Part shown: in pieces, positions 49,221-61,200 of the stretch
How positions within the stretch are numbered: the stretch's first letter is position 1
Layout of the letters: each line of letters begins with the position of its first letter
Assembly: GCF_006345805.1 (NCBI RefSeq)
Contig: NC_043004.1
Location: 107,012,001-107,076,000 of the forward strand
DNA from: Octopus sinensis
Lineage: Eukaryota
Length of the DNA: 64,000 nt
Direction of reading: 5' to 3'
The notes under the pieces: generated by a model
The model's input: the letters and a program-made list of their open reading frames with translations, nothing else
Databases searched by the model: none
Told to the model about the DNA's origin: nothing
Program-made: the position numbers and the translations under genes

Positions 49221-52200
49221 TACACACACACATACGCGTGCACAATATATATATATACCTACCTGTATCTTCTTCAGTCTCTCATCCTGCAACAACTTCC
49301 TCAACTGCTCGAGTTCACTGATATTATTCTCAGATTTCTCATTCTTCAAATCTAATCAAAATAGAAAAAGAAAATAAAAGTAAGAAAAAAAAAAGATAAA
49401 TATGCTCATCTCTCCCACCCACTTCCAGTATCCCCTCCCCCTTCTTTCATTCTGTCTCCTTCCTATCTGTTGCTCTTCCTCCATCATCAAACCAATCATG
49501 TTGCTTCTATCCAATCTCCTTATCAACAACTGTCATGTAGCTGTCTATCATTACTCCCTTACTTTCTCTTCTGTCAGGTAGAAGAGAGAGAGAGACAGAG
49601 AGAGAGCAGATCAGTGACCCAGTGAAGGAAAAGCCCTAGTGTTTGAATGCTTTAACTATCAAATCAAAGAATGGACAAAAGTAGTGCAATGCCTGCTATG
49701 ATGAAAAACAAAAGAAAATTAGTATAGAGGAGGACACTAACATACATAATGCAGTGAACCAGTCATTTTAACTAATTAAATTATACTCATAGAAAGACGA
49801 GCTAATTAACTTCATGGCTGACTCATCATCACCATCATTGTTTAACATCCGCTTTCCATACTGGCATAGGTAGGATGGTTTGACTGAGAACTGGCAAGAC
49901 CAGAGGCTGCACCAAGCTCCAATTTGGTAAGGTTTCTACAGCCGGCTGCCATTCCTAACACCAACCTCTCCGAGAGTGTAGTGGGTGATTTTATGTGCCA
50001 CTAGCACAGGAGCCAGTCATGTGGCACTGGCATCAGCCATGCTCGAATGGTGCTTTTTATGTGCGACCTACATGGATGCCAGTCAAATGCACTTGCATTG
50101 GCCATGCTTCAATGGTGCTTTTTACATGCCACATGCATGGATGCCAGTCAGGTGGCACTGGCATTGGCCACAATTACGATTTCACTCGGTTCAACCAGCC
50201 TTCACAAGCATAGCATATTGCCCAATGACTTTAGGGAGCTTTTAAGTGGGCCAGTTATGAGACACTGGCATCAGCCATGACTACGGTCTCCCTTGGCTTG
50301 CCTGGTCTTCTCAAGCACAGGATATCTCCAAAGGTCTCAGTTGCTTGTCATTATCTGTGTGAGGTCCAACATTTGAAGGTCGTGTTTCACTGCCTCATCC
50401 CATCTCTTTCTGGGTCTACCTCTTTCACAGGTTCCTTCTACTGTTAGGGTGTGACACTTCTTCGCACAGCTGCCCTCATCTATATGCAACACATGACCAC
50501 ACCAGCAGAGTCCTCTCTCTTGCACACCACAACTGATGCTTCTTAGGTCCAACTTTTCTCTCAGGGCGTTAACACTGTCATGTATGCACACTAACTTTAC
50601 ACAACCAGCGGAGCACACTAGCTTCATTTCTTTCAAACCTACGCATGTCCTCAGCTGTCACAGTCCATGTTTCACTGCCATGTAGCATGGCCGTTCGCAC
50701 ACATGCATCATACAGTCTACCTTTCACTCTGAGTGAGAGGGCCTTTGTTACCAGCAGATGTAAGAGCTCTTTGAACTCTGTCCAGGCTATTCTTATTCTA
50801 GCAGCTACGCATCTACCCCTGCTACTGACTTGGTCACCCAGGTAATGGAAGCTATCAACTACTTCTAGTTTTTCCCCATGACAGATAACCTTGTGCTTAA
50901 TTTTAGAAGTTATTATTTCACTAGAAAACTATTTCAGAATAATAAGTGAAGTAAATTTTCTTTTTTTTTTAATGATCTAAAACCCTATTGTATTTATGTT
51001 TCTTGGAGAAAAGACTTAGACATCAGGATTAGTGATGGAAGGATTTAGGCTGCAGGTTTAGTGATGGGAGGATTTAGGCTGCAGGTTTAGTGATGGAAGG
51101 ATTTAGGCTGCAGGTTTAGTGATGGAAGGATTTAGAGCAGAGGTCCTCAACCAGAGTCCATATGAGTGGGGTTCCGTACAAGATTCGTTGTTAAAAATTA
51201 TGTGCAATGAATTGGTTGTACTTCTAGAATACACAAAATACTTCGACAAATTTTTTATATTACGGAGATGACTTGCATAGCAAGTGACCTGATCTGAGAT
51301 CGTGTGCTGAAACAAAAACAATTGCAGCGTAGAAAGTGTTTATAAACCATTTAAAAACACAAAAAAACTGTTAGAGTCACGTCAACATTTAAATTTAATT
51401 TGCCAAAATATTTTCGTCGCTTTGAGACCGCGACTTGATTACTGACAAAATTCTGTACTGCATCATATAAAAATTTTGCATTCAATTCCTAATAATATTT
51501 AACTTTAAAACTATAATAGGAATGTTTTCAACAACAAATGGAGAGTCCATCCAAGTAAAATAGGAATCAAAGGGGTCTACAGGTAGAAAAAAAAAGGGTT
51601 GAGAGACACTGATTGAGACTGTAGAATGAGTGATAAAGGGATTTAGACTACAAGTTAGAGGAATTCAGACTGCAGGTTGGGAGATAGAGGGATTTAAACT
51701 ACAGGACATGTAGCTCAAAAAAGTCATCAACAGCAGATATGATGTTGCCATCATTGTGATACTGGTTGCTGGCCAAGTATTCTTTCATGTTGGGGAACAG
51801 GTGAAGAAAGAAAAGAATTTTAAACTTACCATCAGCCATTTTATTCATTCTATTTATTAATTCATCTTTCTCGTTTTGAAGTTGCTCGTTATTTTTTCCA
51901 TATTCACGTTTAGAATCTTCCAGCTGAAGAAAGCAAGATAAAATGTGCATTTGATTGACTGAGAAATTATCTTTGCATCATAGCAGCCTCACTCACACAC
52001 ACACACACACACACTCACACAGAGTTCACTTCTATTTAAGTCACAGGGATAAGAAATACATTTTAACTTAACACCAATAGAAGCATCACAGACCAGTTAA
52101 TCACAACTAAATAATCAAAAACAGCAAGAGACACCTAAAAAACACACGGTACTCTTACGAATACACTACGTAGTTTTGGTACTTTAGTTATTCTCTCAAT

Positions 52201-55200
52201 CAAATAACTTAAGCCACTCACCACTTCCTTCTTAGTATGGCAATACCATCTGGGTGATAGGGGGAAATAGTAAAAAATGAAGACAAAATAAATACTTCAA
52301 CAGGAACTGGTTTTTGATTTTTTTTTGTTTTTATCCATGAATGTACAACCAAGTTTGACAGACAGCCCAAACAGAATGATATATGAACAACACAAAATAA
52401 AATCTAAAATGTTATAAAACAGTGACGATAGACAAAATTATGATTACCATATTTCAAAGATCTTTGTACTCTGAGTTAAGATAATTCTGACAGATTTTAG
52501 ATAAAACAAGATTCACCTCTTGATCTCTTCCATTCTAAGTAGTTCTCATTTGTTTTCAAGAAGTTAAATACAAAAGTTACAATGACAAAAAACTGATCCA
52601 CTTAGCAGCACTCCTATTGGTGTTTTATAATTAAATCCAATTCATTAAATACTGAGTAATCAGATGTTCCTTGTATTAGATATGGTTTATTTTTAATTAT
52701 TGATAAACATCTCAGTATATCACTGATTAGAGCACTGCACTAGCACAGGTTAATTGCAAAACACTAGAAAACAGGAAGAAACAAGTTCAATTTGATCAAC
52801 AATGTTTAGAAGCAAATATTTTAGTCAACATTTTTTGTTAATGATTCCATTATTTAAAATTGTTGAGTGGTCAAGAAGCTGGCTTTGGTCTGGGACTCAG
52901 TCTCACTGCATGGACACCTTCAGCAAGTGTCTTCTACTAGAGCCCCAGGATAATCAATGCCTTGTAAGTGGATTTGATAGACAGAAACTGAGTAGAAGCC
53001 CATCATGTGCATGGGGGTGGTTTTCACCACCCAATCATTGCTTGACAACTGTTGGTTTGTTTACATCCCTGTAACTTAGCAGTTCAACAAAAGACACTAA
53101 CAGAAAAATTACCAGACTTTTAAAAACACTGTGAGTACCAAGGTAGATATGTTCAACCAAAATTCTTCAAGGTGGTGCCCCAGCTAGGCCACATTCTTAT
53201 AATTGGAACAAGTGAGAAATAAAAGATTCTGTTTAAAATCATTTCTCATTCCCATTCTTAACTCCTTGTAATACCAACCTGCCTGAGATTACTCTTGGTT
53301 CTCTGATACAAACTTCTTATTTTAAAGTGATCTAAACTGAAACCATGAAACCATGACAATTCCTTTCATACACCAGCTTAATTAATAACTAATTTATTTT
53401 ATTAAATTCTTCATTGTTTTATTGAAATAAAAACAGTATATTTCAAGAGAAATATATTAACAAAAGGGTTGATGTGATTCTGTGCTTTGGATATTTGCAG
53501 AAGGAATGATAGAATAAAGTCTTTTTATGGCTTCAGTTAATGAGGAGCTTCAGTGAAGTCAATCTGCTAGAAACAGCAACCAAATCTCACTCAGATCACA
53601 GATTACTGTCTCAAAAATAGGACACTCAATAATGTGGTCCAAGACATCCTTAAAAACACAAAATGGTCGTGAATGGAACTGGCTGTGTACCTCACAGCTC
53701 CAGAATCTTCCAAAGTACATCCCTGTCCACCAAGTCAAATGCCTTGTGGAGGTCAGTATAGGCTGCAACTAGCCCCTGCCAAAAGCTCCACTTGTGTTCA
53801 ATGAGTACAAGAAGTGTCAGGATCCTGTCAGTAGTTGACCTCTTTAGCAGGAACCCTGACAACTCCAGCCATTGAGATGCAACCAGATGATTTTGTACGC
53901 TGTTCAGGATGACCCTGACAAAGACGTTACCACACACTGAGAAGAGAAGCTGATGCAGTTGTGAACTCATTACACAAGAATGTTTGCCGCTGGAGGACAT
54001 CGAAGCAGGAGGACAAAGTTTCAAGTCTGTAGGTCAATGGTCTTTCCTGTCTTGCTATACAGTTGAGACTTGGACACTGTCCAGAGCCCTTAGAGCTTTT
54101 GGTACCAGCAAACTTTTGGTGTTAAGAAGGGCATTCACTGTAGAAACCATGCCAAATCAGACTGGCTTCTGGTGCAGTTCCTCAGTTTGCCAGCATTTTG
54201 CAGGATTGTGGGTCTCCATTGGTCGAATTTCATATTCAGCCAACAATTCTATTCAGGAACTGGGATGCATCCTCTTACTTGTACAATCCAGGAGCATCAG
54301 CTCAGACTGTTTGGCCATGTTGCTCGATTTTCTGAGCGAGAGTGAGCTTACTGTGCTCTCCTCACTGAGAATCTGACTGGAATGATGGTCTGCGTTAGTC
54401 AAGCACATGCCGCATGGTCATGGTAGCTGAGAAAGTATCTCATGGAAATGGGTACTGATTGAGACTGTGCTCAATGGGTTGCTCAGGACAACCCAAGAAT
54501 ATACCAACAAATGGTGAATGCAGCAATGTGCTGCAACAGTGCGTGACCCCAAACCTGACCTGATAGGGACTGGAGCTGAACTACAACAACAATACCCTTA
54601 TTAAATAATAGCTTCTAAAACAATGTTAATTGAAGGTTCAAAAGTCACAAGTCCCCAAGTTATACTCCATTAAGTATTGTATTTCATGTCATATAAGACA
54701 AACTAATTTCCCCAAAAAGTGTCCTATATACAAAGATGGACTAACTATAAGCTAATTTTGTTGTTGAATGTACTAAAACTGTTTTTCCCCTGAGTATGCA
54801 CAGCTGAAATTGGGGTGGATCTAATATGCTTGTCTGTCGTTTATGTTACCAAATACAATAGTTAATATTTAACTACTCGGTATTTTGAAATGATCATTAA
54901 AAAAAAAAAAAAGAAACAAAACATCCTATTTTAAAATGCCAACACTCTCTGAAATGTGACCTACACTACTTTTTTTTTTAAGCATTCTTCCAAACATTGT
55001 TCCAAGTAAGTAACAAGTTGAAGAGTTCTGTGAATCAGAATTCTTGGATATGAACTGTTGGAATAAAAGTTTCAACAGCCAGATAGCTTCCCTAATACTG
55101 GTTTCAAATTCTGGTATAAGGCCAGCAATTTCAGAGAAGTGGGTAGGGTGATTACTGGTACCTATTTTATCAACCCCAAAAGGATGAAAGGCTAAGTCGA

Positions 55201-58200
55201 CCTCAGCAGAATTTGAACTCAGAACATAAGGACAGACAGAATTCCACTAAGCATTTTGCCTAGCACGCTAACAACTGTACCAGCTCACCACCTTAACAGC
55301 TCCCCTCACATTAACTAGAAAAGGTACATCCACATAGACTAGGGATGTAGAAACAATAACCAAGAAGTAGCTCTGTGGGCTTTAAATTAATGAGATAACA
55401 GTTTGTAGTTCAGCTCTAATTCACAGACTTACCAGATTTTTTTAGCTTTTACTTTTTTTTTTAAAGGCTCGGAATTTCAATGGCTATCTTAAAATACCAT
55501 AACATACCTGTCTTAAAATACCATAACATACCTGTCTTAAAATATCATAACATACTTAAGACTAATTCTCACTCAATCTAAGTCTGGGTATTCTTTAGTA
55601 ATAGATAATGTTTTGCTTGGATTAATACTACCACACAACTTACCAATAAAATAGACAAAATGAATAAACAACTTGAAAATATGTGCTTGTTCCAATTAAA
55701 AAGTAAAATATAATGGGCAAAAAATAAAAGACATTAACTAAATGCAAAAAAATTAAAAGATTATATTCAAGGGAGCTAAGTCAAGTACACTATTTGACTA
55801 CACACTTTAAATTAAACTTGAGACTTTTACAAAGATGTACATAGAACTGCCCTTATAGGCATGATTCCAAGGCAGTAATAAAATTGTGCTTAGAACCACC
55901 TTTGGAGAGTTCTAAGCACATTCTTTTTCTGTGTTGGATTCATCCTGAAAAAACAGTGTCTAATTTAAGGTTTATTTTATAATTAAAAACCTTTGTTTAT
56001 GTTATCTATTACAAGAATATTAGACTTTACAAAAATAAATAAATGAACAGAATATTTTTGAAGTTAACAAAAGCATCTGCTCAAACAATCAACCTTAGAT
56101 TTAATTAACAGCAAAGTCTACAATTCAATCTATGCATATGAGGGTCTTGCAATCCCTCATATCAACCACATTATATAAATTTGACAAAAACTGCTTCACA
56201 TAAACCAGGACTTGTCATTAAAAAAAAAAAACACTACAATACTCATAGAAACGACTCAATGGAATACTCATCCCATTCAGAGAGTCCTACAGCTGCTTCG
56301 GCTACACTCACAGACAACCAAAATATGGCAATCAACTGGTTGATAAGGACTCAATCATCAACACACTTTGACTGGTTCACTAATTTACAAGAAGAAAACG
56401 TATGAACAGACATTTGCATGTGCAGGCACACAGCTTATTTTATTTATATTTCTTTAGAACTGACCACTCTTATAATGCTGGATGTCATTGGTGATATGTT
56501 GGAAATAACAAATGTCAGAGCTAGACAGACAAAAACTAATTGATAACACTCAAACATCTGTATATTATGCCAGACAAAGATGACATATACTACATAAATT
56601 TCTCTACTATTGATATGAATCAATAGCCTACTAGAAATAACAGCCAAAACTACTTGGTATCACATCCTACCTGCTTAAAAAAAGGAAGGACAAATTGGTT
56701 AATATAGTCCAAGTAATTTGTCATGTTTGGAAATTCTTTGACTGCTAGATCAGGGCTCTGTCAGGATTAAACAGGGACAATAGCACTGGCAGAATGAAGT
56801 AAAACAAGGGCCAATGAGGACACGTCTGCAAAGTCACTCGATCTGTTACAAACAGCAACTAAATCTTCAAATCACAATTTATTCACTAAAGGAAAAAAAG
56901 TCACATTGGACAATATAGTCTGAGATACAGAAAATGAGAGGATCAAGGTTGAGAATCTTTGAGTAGACATCTATCCACTTAGAATGACCTGGTGTTAAAT
57001 AACAACAAAAACAACAGACATCCTACATACTAAATGAAAAGTCCTCATGTTATTGCTGACATCACTCTTTATTCTACTTGGGTTTCATGTACCCCAGTCA
57101 GCTGGTGACCCCTTGACCCTCTATAAATTTCTATTGCATAATATCATTCCAGATGATGTGTTGGAGCAGCTGCAGTCTATTGAACTGGAGATAGTAAATA
57201 TTTCCTGCAGACCAACAACAGTAGGATCAAATACAACATAGAAGCTGACTGATAGGATTTCAACTCAGTCATTAACAATATTAATTAATTCTCAACTCGT
57301 TAACCTCTGTGCCACTCTCACAGACCTGATAATAATATCACAAACTGAATTAATAGTAATAATTTAACTATGAGATCTGTTTAATAAAGGAAGGTTATGG
57401 TCAATTGAATTCATACCAATATATTACTGGTACCTGTTTTATTTACTGTAGAGAAATGGAAGACAAAATCAATATCAGTCGGATTTGAACACAGAATATC
57501 AAGAGAGAAAAACTAAATGCTGCACAACATTTCAATAGGCACAATACCATTTCTGTCAATTTCAACCCCTTTAAAAATGTACTAAATATTCACACACAAA
57601 GAACATACATGGTTGCTCAGCCTGCAAGCAATAGCAGCCAAATCTACCTCAAACCACATATTACTGTCTTTAATAAAGGATATACTGAACAATGTAAACT
57701 AATACAAAAAAAAAAAGGAAAAGACAGGATGGTCTCAACTGGATCACATCTGATCGATGGTCTGTTTACCTGGGGCTCAACAACAACAACAGCAATAAAA
57801 CATTAACAGACTAAGTAAAGAGACTTACCACATTAATGACCGATTCTTTACGAGAAAGTTCTGCTTTATGTCGTGTTTTCAGTTCCTTAATTTCCAGTTG
57901 TAGCATGGTCTTTTCTTTCTCAAGATCTGAGAGATTCTCTTCAGCCACTGTACGTGCTATTTGTTCAGATTCAATCTTTGATGTGGCCATTTTCAAGTTT
58001 TTATTCAACCTTTCACTGGTGAATGCAATAAATACCATGTCATATATTTCTACAGATGAAGTCATTATAAGCATTCTTTCTCACATACATACACACACAC
58101 ACATATATACACATACATACATACACTCCCATTTGAAGGTACAGACAAAATAGTTTTCAGTTTCGTTGTTTGAACAGCTAGAATCTGAGTAGCCACAATG

Positions 58201-61200
58201 CAAATCACCAGCTTTTCAACACACACACACACACATAATCATCATCATCATTTAATGTTTGTTGTCGATGCTGGCATAGATTGGACAGTTTGATCAGGAC
58301 TGGAAATCTATAAGGCTACATCACACTCCAATCTGATTTAGTATGATTTTCTATGACTGGATGCCCTTCCTAATGCCAGGCGCTCTGAGAGTGTAATGGG
58401 TGCTTTTACGTGCCACTGGAATAGGTGCCATTTGCGTGACACCAGTATCTGCCATGACTGCAATTTTACTTGGCTTGATGGGTCTTCTTCTCAAGCATGA
58501 CAATGCCAAAGGTCTCTGTCATTGCCTCTGCAAGACCCAGCACTCAAAAGGAGCTTTTCATCATCATTTAACATCTGTTGTCCATACTGGTGCGGGTTGG
58601 ACAGTATGACCAGAGCCGGGGAGCTGCACCAGACTCTGATTTGGCATGGTTTCTACAGCTAGATGCCCTTCCTAACACCAACCACTTTACAGAGTGCACT
58701 GGGTGCTTTCACATAGCACCACCACTGGTGAGGTCACATGAATATATATATAAATAAGTATGTATCATCATCATCATCATCATCGTTTAACGTCTGCTTT
58801 CCATGCTAGCATGGGTTGGACGGTTCAACTGGGGTCTGGGAAGCCAGAAGGCTGCACCAGGCCAGTCAGATCTGGCAGTGTTTCTACAGCTGGATGCCCT
58901 TCCTAACGCCAACCACTCCGTGAGTGCAGTGGGTGCTTTTTACGTGCCACCGGCACAGGTGCCAAACGAGGCTGGCAAACGGCCATGGTCGGATGGTGCT
59001 TTTTACATGCCACCAGTATGTATGTATATATTTATTAGAAGAAATAAGGTACTCAGAAATCTGGATGGTTTTATAATCATCATTTAATGTTCCTTGCCTG
59101 CATAGGTTGGACAGTTCTACATGAAAAGACAAGCCAGAGGGCTGTGCTGAGTTTAAATTCTGACTTGGCATGGTTTCTACAGCTGGATACCCTTCCTAAA
59201 GCCAACCACTTCACAGAGAGCACTAACTACATTTTTGTGGCACCAACACTGGTGAGGTTACCAAAGTGAAAATGAATATATATAAGTTTATTCAAACTAC
59301 TTTTTATCAATGAATGAGGAGGAGCATACTAATTACAAGCTGTAGAGTATACAGTTAATTGAAACTGAGTTCCTTTCTCATACCTATTTCTATTTCTTTA
59401 CTACCTACAAGGGGCTAAGTTTCAAGTCACAGTAATTGTGAGACAAACATGGAAAAGTAGACGTTAAATGATGATGATGATGGTCGCTGGTAACTGGGTG
59501 TAAACATGGCTGTGTGATTAATAAGTTTTGCTTGGCATCCACATGATTCTAGATCAAGGCTCACTGCATGGTACCTTCAGAAAAGTGTCTCCTACTAAAG
59601 CTTCAAGCTGATCATACTTTGTGGGTGGAATTTGATAGACAGAGATTGTGTGGGGAGCCTGCCATGCGGGCAAGCATGTGTGTTTGTGTGTGTGCACATG
59701 TGCATGCATGTGGACGCATATGTACATATCGAGAACACCATAAAAATGGTCCTTTATTAAAGAAGACCTGAGGCTCTCACCATTAGAAATTCTGTGAATG
59801 GTGACCCATCCATTGAAAATCTGTGACTACTGTTACTCACATATCAAAAAATAACTACATACTTAGAGTAGTTGACTATGTACTTTTGAAGAAGTAACAG
59901 AATGTTTCACTTTGAAAACATGGATTTGAGTAAAATGAACTAAAGGTTAAACATAGCTAAGACTAACAACATACTATCCAAAAGCAAGACACAAAAACAC
60001 TAAACAGATGTGAGAGGACGTCTGCACCTATCTATTCTGATGATATGAGGTCAGATAGAAGAACAAACTTACTTTTCTTGCTCCATTGTAGAAATGTCCA
60101 CAGATAAGTCTTGGTGTTCCTTCTTATTATCTTTGATTTCTTCCTTTAATTCCTTCACTTGAGCTCGGTATAAAGACTGTAATACAAACACAGAGTTTCT
60201 CCCAGTGAGAATTAAACAACGAAATATGTGGAGGAGCAATTTAAAACTGAATGTGCTTTTTGCTCATTGCATCAACAGGCAAAAGAACTTTCGTGTTGTG
60301 TGTAAAAGTCATACACACTAAGTATGACAGGACAATAGTAAACACAAACTTGTTTATCTGGACTGCTACTCTTTAGCAGTTACTATATTTTTTCTATTGT
60401 TACAAGTGAATACAATTAACTTTTAATAGAGAAAGATCATAACACATCCTGCTTTAGTTTCACACACACAATAAAAGAATAGGATAGATTATTAAAAACT
60501 GAAGTCTCAGTGACACATAAAAAGCACTTGTGCTGCCATCACATAATAAGCACCCATGCTGGTCCTACATACAAAGCATCCATGCCACTGTCACATAAGA
60601 ATCTGTGCTAACACCATGTACAAAGGCACCACGTAAAAGGGCACCCATGCTGGTGCCATTTAAAAGGCCCTTCTGCCAGTTCAACATTAGAGGTACTCAT
60701 GCTGGCACCATTTAAACAACTCCCATGGAGCACCACGTAAAAGGTGCCCATGCCAGCACCATGTAAACAGCACCCGTGTTGGTGCTACATAGAATGCACC
60801 TAGTAAACTCAGAAAAGTGGTTGGCATTAGGAAGGGCATCCAGCCATAGAAACCAAGCCAAAACAGGTGATAAGATCCCAGTGCAGGCCTCTGGCTTGTC
60901 AGCTCCCGTCAGACATTCCACCCATGCCAGCATGGAAAGACAAATGTTAAATGATAATGATGACGATGATGACGACGTTTAATCCGGGTGCTGACAAGGC
61001 TAGTCATATAAACCATGGTAAAATGCATAAGCAAATGCTGCTGCCTGGAAAATTTATGCAATACTTACTGAGAAATAAGATTCTGCTTCAAACTGGTCTT
61101 GTAATTCTCGCATCTGAAGTTCTGCTAACGATGATTCTCTACAGAGATAAACAGAAAATATGACAAATATTTAGGATATTTACCATCAAGTGAAGAATTC

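Noticed and set aside
51395-51465. Minus-strand GTCGC/GCGAC-GAAA hairpin as a hammerhead
   Set aside because: CUGANGA core and valid cleavage triplet are absent in this copy.
57836-58153. Plus-strand 105-aa ORF
   Set aside because: Antisense shadow of a ROCK coiled-coil exon.
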